Origin: Chloroflexota bacterium
Lineage (GTDB): Bacteria; Chloroflexota; Anaerolineae; Anaerolineales; Villigracilaceae
Direction: 5' to 3'
Assembly (NCBI GenBank): GCA_013152325.1
Contig: JAADGN010000045.1
Coordinates: 18,310 to 82,309 of the forward strand
DNA: 64,000 nt
Part shown: positions 43,070-50,989 of the stretch, in pieces
Layout: the number at the start of each line of letters is the position of its first letter
Position numbering within the stretch: the first letter of the stretch is position 1
Notes under the pieces: model-generated
The model's database searches: none
Seen by the model: only the letters and a program-made list of their open reading frames with translations
Told to the model about the DNA's origin: nothing
Position numbers and translations under genes: made by a program

Positions 43070-45385
43070 TTAAGATGTCCCTTCGGCCGCAACTTCATCC
43101 AGCAAAAACGTCTCCTCGCAAGCGATGCACTGTGCCTCACGCTTGTTGGTCACCACCAGCAGCCCGCCGCACTTCGGACAAGGCCGCGGCAGGGGACGTT
43201 TCCACGAGGTAAAATCGCACTCCGGATAGTTGGCGCAGCCGTAGAAAGTGCGCCCTTTGCGCGTCTTGCGCATGACAATGTCGCCGTCATCCTTCGGACA
43301 AGTCACGCCGATCTTCTCCAGCCAGGGCTCCGTATAGCGGCATTCCGGAAAGTTGCTGCAAGAAATGAACTTCCCGTAACGCCCATAGCGGATGACCAAC
43401 TCGTGACCGCATTTCGGGCAGGCACGTCCAATCGGCTCCGGGCCGCGCTTGGTCTGCGGCATCTCGCGCCGGGCGCGCTCAAGTTCTTCGGCAAACGGCC
43501 CGTAAAATTTGCGGATCACTTCCACCCATTCGCCATGACCGGAAGCGATCTGGTCCAGATCAGCCTCCATGCGCGCTGTAAAGCCGACGTCCACGACGTC
43601 GGGAAAATATTTGACCAGCAAATTGTTGACCAGGATGCCCGTCTCGGTCGGAACCAAGCGCTTCTCGACGCGTTCGACATAGCCGCGCGCCTGGATCGTG
43701 GACAACGTCGGCGCATACGTGGACGGACGCCCGATCCCGTTTTCCTCCAGCGCCTGCACCAGGGAGGCCTCGGTGAAGCGCGGCGGCGGCTGGGTAAAAT
43801 GCTGTTCCGGGATCAGGCGTACCAACGCTTGCGCCTGTCCCTCGACCACGCCAGCCGGAATGCGGACATTTTCGTCGCCATTTTTCTTGTTGCCATTGCC
43901 GTTGCCGTTACGCATGTCCCCGTAAACAGCCAGAAAACCGGCAAATTTGACCAGCGAGCCGGAAGCGCGCAGCAGGTATTGATGCGCGTCGCTCCTGCCA
44001 GTCACCTCGACCTGCAGCGTATCGTAGACCGCCGCCGCCATCTGCGAAGCGACAAAACGACGCCAGATCAGGCGATAGAGTTTGAATTGCGATGAATTCA
44101 GGTACGACTTGACCTGTTCCGGCTCGCGCGACACCGAAGTCGGGCGAATGGCTTCGTGCGCCTCCTGTGCGCCGACGGCGCGCGTCTTGTGTTTGGGCGG
44201 CTCGGCAGGCAAATACTCGTCGCCGTAACGCCCGGCAATGTACTGACGGGCTTCCGTTACAGCGGCTTCAGCGACGTGGATCGAGTCAGTACGCATGTAC
44301 GTGATCAAACCAGTGTTGCCGCCATTGCCCACATCTATGCCCTCGTAGAGCGACTGCGCCACAGCCATCGTTCGTTTGGCCGTGAAGCCCAGGCGACGCG
44401 AGGCGTCCTGTTGCAGCGTGGAGGTGATGAACGGCGCAGCCGGTTTGCGGCGGCGCTGTCCACGCTTGACCTTGCTGACCGCGTAGGCCGCGCGCTCCAT
44501 GTCGACCAGGATCGGTTTGACCGTCTCCTCGTCCGGGAGCTGCGGCTCGACGCCGTCGACGCGCGCCAGTTTCACCATAAACGTGGACTTGAGCCCGTCC
44601 GGTTTCAGTTCTGCCGCAATCGTCCAGTACTCGACCGGGGTAAAGTCGTCAATCTCCTGCTCGCGCTCGACGATCAGGCGCAGCGCCACCGACTGGACGC
44701 GTCCAGCCGAAAGGCGTCCGCGCACCTTCTCCCACAAGATCGGGCTGATACCGTAGCCCACCAAGCGGTCGAGAATCCGGCGCGCTTGTTGGGCGTCCAC
44801 CAAATCCATGTTGAGCTGGCGCGGGTGCGCAAAGGCCTCGTCAATGGCCGATTTCGTGATCTCGTGAAAGACCACCCGCCGGGCGATCTCGGGGTCAATT
44901 TCAGCCGATTCCAGCAAGTGCCAGGCTATCGCTTCGCCCTCGCGGTCGAGGTCGGTCGCCAGGTAAACTTCCTCGGCAGTTTTCGCCAATTTCTTCAATT
45001 CCTTGACTATCGGGCGCTTTTCGTTCGGGACACGGTACTTCGGCTTGAAGTCGTTCTCCACGTCCACCGAAAGCTGCGAGCGCAGCAGGTCGCGCACGTG
45101 CCCGACCGAAGCCTTGACGGTATACCCGCGCCCCAAAAAACGGCTCACCGTGCGGGCTTTGGCCGGCGATTCGACGATGACCAGCTTGCCCTTGCGTTTA
45201 CGTTTGCGCTTTACTTTTTCAGGCGGGGTCAGGCCCTCGTGCGCAGGCGTGCGCCCGGTGCGATACATCCTCGTCCCGCAGACCGGGCAAACGCCGCGCG
45301 TCACCGGAGCGGCGACTTTGTTAAAAGTCGCCTCCGGCTCGGCCATCTCTCGCTTGGTTTTGCATTTCATGCAGTAGGCTTCCAA
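43070..45385 (-). CDS. topA: DNA topoisomerase I with extra N-terminal zinc ribbon and C-terminal Zn-finger repeats
   Basis: TOPRIM starts at KLVIVESPAKARTV. The upstream CMKC...CPVCG ribbon forces use of the TTG at 45385 (GGAGGAACTT-TTG). C-terminal C4 repeats are present. Confidence 0.9.
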   Translation of the reverse strand: MEAYCMKCKTKREMAEPEATFNKVAAPVTRGVCPVCGTRMYRTGRTPAHEGLTPPEKVKRKRKRKGKLVIVESPAKARTVSRFLGRGYTVKASVGHVRDLLRSQLSVDVENDFKPKYRVPNEKRPIVKELKKLAKTAEEVYLATDLDREGEAIAWHLLESAEIDPEIARRVVFHEITKSAIDEAFAHPRQLNMDLVDAQQARRILDRLVGYGISPILWEKVRGRLSAGRVQSVALRLIVEREQEIDDFTPVEYWTIAAELKPDGLKSTFMVKLARVDGVEPQLPDEETVKPILVDMERAAYAVSKVKRGQRRRKPAAPFITSTLQQDASRRLGFTAKRTMAVAQSLYEGIDVGNGGNTGLITYMRTDSIHVAEAAVTEARQYIAGRYGDEYLPAEPPKHKTRAVGAQEAHEAIRPTSVSREPEQVKSYLNSSQFKLYRLIWRRFVASQMAAAVYDTLQVEVTGRSDAHQYLLRASGSLVKFAGFLAVYGDMRNGNGNGNKKNGDENVRIPAGVVEGQAQALVRLIPEQHFTQPPPRFTEASLVQALEENGIGRPSTYAPTLSTIQARGYVERVEKRLVPTETGILVNNLLVKYFPDVVDVGFTARMEADLDQIASGHGEWVEVIRKFYGPFAEELERARREMPQTKRGPEPIGRACPKCGHELVIRYGRYGKFISCSNFPECRYTEPWLEKIGVTCPKDDGDIVMRKTRKGRTFYGCANYPECDFTSWKRPLPRPCPKCGGLLVVTNKREAQCIACEETFLLDEVAAEGTS

Positions 45386-45394
45386 AAGTTCCTC

Positions 45395-46486
45395 CTACGT
45401 ATATTTTTCGCGTTCAGAATTCTTCAGACTGTCGACGATCCGGCGCACATGCTGCGCCTGGTCACGCCGACATACCAGTAAGACATCGCCGCTATCCACA
45501 ATGACAAGATCGTCCACGCCAATCGTCACCACCAAACGCTCATCGCGATTGCCGTAGACCAGCGAGTTGTGTGTATCCAGCGAAATGTGATGTCCGCCAA
45601 AAACGATATTGCCGTCCTCGTCGGGCAGCAGCACGTCAAAGAGCGAATCCCACGAGCCGACGTCACTCCAGTTCAGGCCGCCCGCGGGCAGGACAGCCAC
45701 CTTTTCGGCATCTTCCATGATGCCGTAATCAACCGTCTCGTTCTTCAACCCGGGCCACAGACGCTGAATAACGGGATCCTGTTCCGGCGTCCCGAACGAC
45801 GCGCTGATCTCATCGAGGGCGGATTTCAAGTCGGGCATCTGCCGCTCGATCTCAGACAGGATGGCCTGCGTCCGCCAAATGAACATTCCCGAGTTCCAGG
45901 AGTGATCGCCCGCCTGAACCATCGCATGCGCCTGCTCCTTGGTCGGCTTTTCCTTGAAACGGCGCACGCGATACACGGGATAGGCAAAATCTTCGGGCAG
46001 CGCTTCGCCGCGCTGGATGTAGCCGTAGCCGGTGGCCGGATAGGTTGGCGTGATGCCCAGCGTGACAAGGTAGTCGTTTTGGGCGACGTCCACCGCCAGC
46101 CGCAGCAGAAGGTGGAACAAATCGCGGTTGCGGATGAAATGATCCGAGGGCAAGACGGCCATCACGGCCTGCGGATCGCGTTTTTGCAAAACAGAAGCCG
46201 CCAAGCCTACAACCGAAGCCGTGCCGCGCGGAGCCGGCTCGAGCAGGAAATTTTCCGCGAGCAAATCAGGGGCCTGCGCCCGCAGGGTCTCCGCCTGCTC
46301 GGCGACAGTCACCACCAGGATGCGCTCCGGCGGGAACAGCCCGGCCAGCCGTTCGACGGTGGCCTGGAAGAGCGTCCGCGCCTCGATCAGCGGGAGCGTC
46401 TGTTTCGGGTGGCTGCGCCGCGAGACAGGCCACAAGCGGGTCCCGCCGCCGCCAGCCATGATCACTGCATATGTGTGCTCTAACAT
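45395..46486 (-). CDS. mannose-1-phosphate guanylyltransferase family nucleotidyltransferase
   Basis: MLEHTYAVIMAGGGGTRLWPVSR; no PMI/cupin C-terminal domain is evident. The start may be 46486 (ATG) or 46501 (TTG). Confidence 0.8.
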   Translation of the reverse strand: MLEHTYAVIMAGGGGTRLWPVSRRSHPKQTLPLIEARTLFQATVERLAGLFPPERILVVTVAEQAETLRAQAPDLLAENFLLEPAPRGTASVVGLAASVLQKRDPQAVMAVLPSDHFIRNRDLFHLLLRLAVDVAQNDYLVTLGITPTYPATGYGYIQRGEALPEDFAYPVYRVRRFKEKPTKEQAHAMVQAGDHSWNSGMFIWRTQAILSEIERQMPDLKSALDEISASFGTPEQDPVIQRLWPGLKNETVDYGIMEDAEKVAVLPAGGLNWSDVGSWDSLFDVLLPDEDGNIVFGGHHISLDTHNSLVYGNRDERLVVTIGVDDLVIVDSGDVLLVCRRDQAQHVRRIVDSLKNSEREKYT

Positions 46487-46531
46487 AGAAGTTCCTGACA
46501 AGTTCGTTCCTTACGTTTGTATGTTGCGCAA

Positions 46532-47638
46532 TTACGCATCGTACTCCGCCTGCGCCTCGTGCACAGCGACGTAGTTCATGCCGCCAACGTGACGCACCAT
46601 GCCTTTCAGCTCCATCATCGTCAGCGCAGCGGAGACTTTTTCAACAGGCAGGCCGGTTTGGTTGCGAATTTCATCCACGTGCAGCGGCTCGTGACCAAGC
46701 GCGTCCAACACCTGCGCTTCGGTCGCATCAGCAGGCAGCACGGTGCGAGCTGCACGATGCTCGGTCACGCGGGTCAGGTCGAGCACGTCCAGCACGTCAC
46801 GCACCTTCAAAAGCGGATGTGCGCCTTGCTGGATCAGGCGGTTGGCGCCCTTGCTCTGCGGCGCAAAAATATTGCCGGGCACAGCGAAGACTTCCCGTCC
46901 CTGCTCGACGGCAAACTCAGCCGTGATGAGCGCGCCGCTGGTCTCGCCCGCCTCGACCACAATCGTAGCCATCGAGAGGCCGGAGATAATGCGGTTGCGC
47001 GGCGGGAAGTTGGAACTCTCCGGCGGTGTGCCAGGCGGATAGTCGCTGATCAGCGCGCCATTGGCGATAATCTTCCCGGCCAGCGTGCGGTGCTCGGGCG
47101 GATAGACCCGGTCTACGCCAGAGCCGAGAACGGCCAACGTGCGTCCGCCAGCCTTGAGCGCGGCCTGATGTGCGATCGCGTCCACGCCGCGCGCCAGCCC
47201 GCTGACCACGGTCACACCGTTTTGCGCCAAAAAGGTCGCCAACTCCTCGGCAACCTGCCGTCCGTAAGACGTCGCCCGCCGTGTGCCGACAATGGCAACT
47301 GCCCACATGTCGTCCGCAGTGACTTCGCCGCGCAGATACAACACGGGCGGCGACTGGGCGATCTCCCTCAGGCGTTCCGGGTAGGCTTCGTCGGTTCTGG
47401 TCAGCACCCGGATGCCCTGCGCCGAGAACTGTTCCCACAGGCGGTCCAGGTCTATATCCTCGCGCACCTGCAGGAAACGTTCGACCAGTTTTTGGCTGAG
47501 ACCCGCCGCGCGCAGTTCGTCGGGCGTCCCTTGCCAGGCAGAGGCCGCGTCGCCGAAGTGGTCAAGCAGCGCCTTCAAACGGACAGCGCCGATGCCCTTG
47601 ACGAGATTGAAGCCAACCCAGTACCGTTTGTCATCCAT
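46532..47638 (-). CDS. dprA: DNA-processing protein DprA
   Basis: GIGAVRLKALLDHFG (SAM-like N-domain), a Rossmann core (VSGLARGVDAIAHQAAL), and a C-terminal winged helix. Confidence 0.9.
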   Translation of the reverse strand: MDDKRYWVGFNLVKGIGAVRLKALLDHFGDAASAWQGTPDELRAAGLSQKLVERFLQVREDIDLDRLWEQFSAQGIRVLTRTDEAYPERLREIAQSPPVLYLRGEVTADDMWAVAIVGTRRATSYGRQVAEELATFLAQNGVTVVSGLARGVDAIAHQAALKAGGRTLAVLGSGVDRVYPPEHRTLAGKIIANGALISDYPPGTPPESSNFPPRNRIISGLSMATIVVEAGETSGALITAEFAVEQGREVFAVPGNIFAPQSKGANRLIQQGAHPLLKVRDVLDVLDLTRVTEHRAARTVLPADATEAQVLDALGHEPLHVDEIRNQTGLPVEKVSAALTMMELKGMVRHVGGMNYVAVHEAQAEYDA

Positions 47639-47672
47639 TGACCCACCCAAAGCCTGAAAATCTTGGAAGCCT

Positions 47673-48245
47673 TCAGCCCTCTGCGCCCTCATCAAGCAGG
47701 CCGGGGAGCAGGTGAACGCGCATTTGACCGCGCCCCAGATCGACGTCCAGAACGACCGCGGGAATGGCTGGGAGCAGGATTTCGCGGCCGGATTCGGATT
47801 TCACCACGTAAACGTCATTGGCGCCCGTCTCCAGGATCGTCGTCAGCTCTCCCAGCAGACGGTCGTCCTCGCTCACAACTTGCAGCCCGATCAACTGATG
47901 GTGATAGTACTCACCCTCCGGCAGGGGCGGACGGTCAGCGGTCAGGACGTACACGTATTGGTTGCGAAAATTCCCCACCGCCTCGCGGCTTTCAATGCCC
48001 TCGAAGGTGATCAGCAGCCCTTTCGCATGGCCGCGACGAGCAACGAGAGTCATCGGCGCGTGCTCTTCCCCCACATAAACCTGCATGCCGGGCTGCAACC
48101 GCTCAGGGAAATCGGTGAGCACGTCCATCAAAATTTCGCCGCGCACGCCATGCGGACGGCGCAAAAATCCAACCGCCAAATGCACAGGCTCGCCGCGTGA
48201 AGGCGAGCCTGGTCCAGCCGCGGCTGGGCTTTTGGATACAGTCAT
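47673..48245 (-). CDS. rimM: 16S rRNA processing protein RimM
   Basis: VGFLRRPHGVRGEI and PRC-barrel C-terminus. The ATG shares one base with the upstream TGA. Confidence 0.85.
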   Translation of the reverse strand: MTVSKSPAAAGPGSPSRGEPVHLAVGFLRRPHGVRGEILMDVLTDFPERLQPGMQVYVGEEHAPMTLVARRGHAKGLLITFEGIESREAVGNFRNQYVYVLTADRPPLPEGEYYHHQLIGLQVVSEDDRLLGELTTILETGANDVYVVKSESGREILLPAIPAVVLDVDLGRGQMRVHLLPGLLDEGAEG

Positions 48246-48478
48246 CAGGGTTCGATCACATCCAGCGTGACCTGCTGACCTTCGCGCTCGGCAGCCACCC
48301 GCAGCAACGCGCGAATGGAATTCGCCACTCGTCCGCGCTTGCCGATGACGCGCCCCATGTCATCCTTGTCCACGCTCAGTTCCAATTTGACGTGTCGGCC
48401 CGACCGAAATTCACGGACGACAACCTCTTCCGGGTGATCGACCAACGAGCGAGCAATATACTCGGCCAATTCTTTCAT
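48245..48478 (-). CDS. KH-domain RNA-binding protein (UPF0109/YlqC-like)
   Basis: 77 aa with GRVIGKRGRVANSIRALL. Confidence 0.85.
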   Translation of the reverse strand: MKELAEYIARSLVDHPEEVVVREFRSGRHVKLELSVDKDDMGRVIGKRGRVANSIRALLRVAAEREGQQVTLDVIEP

Positions 48479-48510
48479 CAGGCACCCCTTTCTGTGTTCC
48501 GCAACAGCGA

Positions 48511-48855
48511 TCAGTCGCGGCGGGTCTTGGGATTAATGTTGCGCTCGGCCATCATCTTTTCAGATTCGGCCAACAGGGTTTCCAGCGCTTCGCCAGCCTT
48601 GAAGCGGGCGTAGCGATCCAGTACACCGGCGGTCGTGAAAATCTGCTTCACAGAATCGCTCGGCTGTGCGCCGTTGCTCATCCAGTGGTAAATGCGGTCT
48701 TCCTTGACCTGGATAGTGGCCGGCTCTGTGCGCGGGTTGTAGAATCCCAAAATTTCGAGAAAACGACCATCACGCGGGCTTTCCTTGTCGGCAGCCACAA
48801 TACGGTAGGAGGGCTGTCCTTTCATGCCAACGCGGCGTAAACGAATACGAACCAT
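48511..48855 (-). CDS. rpsP: 30S ribosomal protein S16
   Basis: MVRIRLRRVGMKGQPSYRIVAADKESPRDGRFLEILGFYNP. Confidence 0.95.
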   Translation of the reverse strand: MVRIRLRRVGMKGQPSYRIVAADKESPRDGRFLEILGFYNPRTEPATIQVKEDRIYHWMSNGAQPSDSVKQIFTTAGVLDRYARFKAGEALETLLAESEKMMAERNINPKTRRD

Positions 48856-48984
48856 CGAATCGATCTCCTTGTTATTAGTTGGTCAGTCTGTTAATTAGTT
48901 TATCGGTAAACTGGCAATTGGGCGACGCTCAGATTTGCGAGGGAGGGGGCACGAAAGGATGTGCGCCTTGCATCTCATCTGCGC

Positions 48985-50307
48985 CTAACCAAACAGACGC
49001 GGCAGACCGCGTCCGCCAGTTTTTTGCAATTGTTTGAACAGGCGCCGGGTCTCGCGGAATTGCTTGACCAGACGATTGACGTCCTGCACCTGTGTGCCAG
49101 AGCCGCGGGCGATACGCCGACGACGACTGGCATTTAGTATATCCGGATTCCGCCGTTCTTGCACGGTCATCGAACTGATAATGGCTTCGGTCCGCTTTAG
49201 CTGCCGCTCCATGTCCTGGGGCGGGACGTTGCGAGCCGCCTGCCCAAGTTGACCGGGCAGCATGTCCATGATCTGCCCCAGCGGGCCCATCTGGCGCACC
49301 TGACGCATCTGCTCCATCCAGTCTTCGAGCGTGAACTGGCCCTTGAGCATGCGTTCGGCCTGTTTCCCTGCCGATTTTGCGTCAAAGGCGGCTTCGGCTT
49401 TTTCGATCAGGCCGATCACGTCGCCCATGCCCAGGATGCGGGACGCCAGACGCCCCGGGTCATACGTCTCCAGCGCGTCCAGTTTCTCGCCCGTGCCCAG
49501 GAATTTGACCGGCACGCCGGTTACCGAGCGGATCGAGATGGCCGCGCCGCCACGCGCATCGCCGTCCATCTTGGAAAGGATCAGGCCGCTCAACGAGACG
49601 GCATCCCGGAAACCCTCGGCGATGGGCAGCGCCTCCTGGCCAATCATGGCGTCCACGACCAGCAACGTCTCCACCGGTGAGATTTTCGCCGTGATCGCGC
49701 GCAGTTCGTCCATCAACGCGTCGTCCAGTTGCGAACGACCGGCAGTATCCACGATCATGACCGAGTAGCCGCCCTTTTGGGCCTTGCTTAAGGCTTTGGC
49801 CGCCAGCTTCGGCGGCGGGACACCCTCTTGGGCGAACACCGGCACGTCGAGCCGCTCACCCAGCGATTGCAACTGCTGGACGGCGGCCGGGCGGTACGGG
49901 TCTCCGGCGACCAGCATCACGCGTTCGCCGCGCGAGCGCAGCAAACGGGCCAACTTGCCAGCCGCGGTGGTCTTGCCAGAGCCTTGCAGGCCAACCAGCA
50001 GGATAACGCGCGGCTTCGGGCCGCTCAACTGGAGCGGAGCGGGGTCGCCCAGCGTAGCGATCAGCTCTTCGTGGACAATTTTAACGACCTGCTGGCCAGG
50101 GTTGAGCGCCTTGTTGACCTCCGCGCCAACGGCGCGCTCGCGCAGGCGGGCGACGAAATCCTTGACCACGCTGTAATGAACGTCGGCCTCCAGCAGCGCC
50201 AGTCGAACCTCGCGTACGGCCGCATCAACGTCAGCGGCGGAGAGTTTTCCTCGCCGCCGCAACTGGTCAAAGACCTGATTTAATCGTCCGGTTAGTGTTT
50301 CGAACAA
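48985..50307 (-). CDS. ffh: signal recognition particle protein Ffh
   Basis: (TTG)MFETLTGRLNQVF, GLQGSGKTT, DTAGR, and a Met-rich M-domain. Confidence 0.95.
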   Translation of the reverse strand: MFETLTGRLNQVFDQLRRRGKLSAADVDAAVREVRLALLEADVHYSVVKDFVARLRERAVGAEVNKALNPGQQVVKIVHEELIATLGDPAPLQLSGPKPRVILLVGLQGSGKTTAAGKLARLLRSRGERVMLVAGDPYRPAAVQQLQSLGERLDVPVFAQEGVPPPKLAAKALSKAQKGGYSVMIVDTAGRSQLDDALMDELRAITAKISPVETLLVVDAMIGQEALPIAEGFRDAVSLSGLILSKMDGDARGGAAISIRSVTGVPVKFLGTGEKLDALETYDPGRLASRILGMGDVIGLIEKAEAAFDAKSAGKQAERMLKGQFTLEDWMEQMRQVRQMGPLGQIMDMLPGQLGQAARNVPPQDMERQLKRTEAIISSMTVQERRNPDILNASRRRRIARGSGTQVQDVNRLVKQFRETRRLFKQLQKTGGRGLPRLFG

Positions 50308-50510
50308 GGCGACCCCTGTCAGTTATCAGCAATAAAAGCCGACAGATTTTAGCGTGGAAACGGCGGATGGTCAAGGGAAAAATGAGTTCCTTCATTAACA
50401 GCGTAAAATCAGGAACGCGGCGCACGGGGCAATAAAGGCCTCCCGCCAGCACATCAGCCGAAAATCCGCCCTGCCAGAATCACCCTTTCGCTGAATTCAC
50501 AGGAGGCTGC

Positions 50511-50539
50511 TTGACAATCTCCCCAACAACGGGTAAAAT
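50511..50539 (+). promoter_or_regulatory. consensus-like promoter of the tRNA-Phe/Gly/Cys cluster
   Basis: TTGACA-17-TAAAAT, ending 28 nt before tRNA-Phe. Confidence 0.65.
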
Positions 50540-50567
50540 CCCACTCGCTTAACAATCGAATATGCAG

Positions 50568-50640
50568 GCCGAGATAGCTCAGTTGGTAGAGCACGCGACT
50601 GAAAATCGCGGTGTCGTCAGTTCGATTCTGACTCTCGGCA
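50568..50640 (+). tRNA. tRNA-Phe(GAA)
   Basis: Hand-folded cloverleaf: GCCGAGA/TCTCGGC acceptor, anticodon loop CTGAAAA, T-loop TTCGATT. No encoded CCA. Confidence 0.9.
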
Positions 50641-50670
50641 CTCCCGGCCGCAACATACAAGGTCGACATC

Positions 50671-50742
<72 letters not shown>

Positions 50743-50754
50743 CTTTTTATTCCC

Positions 50755-50826
50755 GGCGACGTGGCCAAGTTGGTAAGGCAAGGGTCTGCAAAACCCTGAT
50801 CACGGGTTCGAGTCCCGTCGTCGCCT
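50755..50826 (+). tRNA. tRNA-Cys(GCA)
   Basis: GGCGACG/CGTCGCC acceptor, anticodon loop CTGCAAA, T-loop TTCGAGT. Confidence 0.9.
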
Positions 50827-50832
50827 CTAGAT

Positions 50833-50855
50833 GAGCCCAATTGGGCTCTTTTTTT
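50833..50855 (+). terminator. rho-independent terminator of the tRNA cluster
   Basis: GAGCCCAATTGGGCTC followed by TTTTTTT. Confidence 0.85.
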
Positions 50856-50989
50856 GTTCATCCCGCAATCCCCCCATCCTTTTCGGGAAAACTGACAAAG
50901 CGGTTGTCTTTTTTAAGGATACAACGGCCAAATTCCTCTATAATAATAGTGCTTGGCATCACGATGGTGCCAGGACCGGAGGAACAGCC

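Noticed and set aside
43064-45481. Two long plus-strand ORFs (343 and 441 aa)
   Set aside because: Both are antisense to topA, whose TOPRIM and Zn-finger motifs are unambiguous.
50831-50989. N-terminal extension of the sensor-kinase ORF (track start at 50831)
   Set aside because: The extension would begin inside the terminator hairpin of the tRNA cluster. An in-frame GTG at 50990 has a GGAGGAA RBS and is followed at once by the signal/TM segment.
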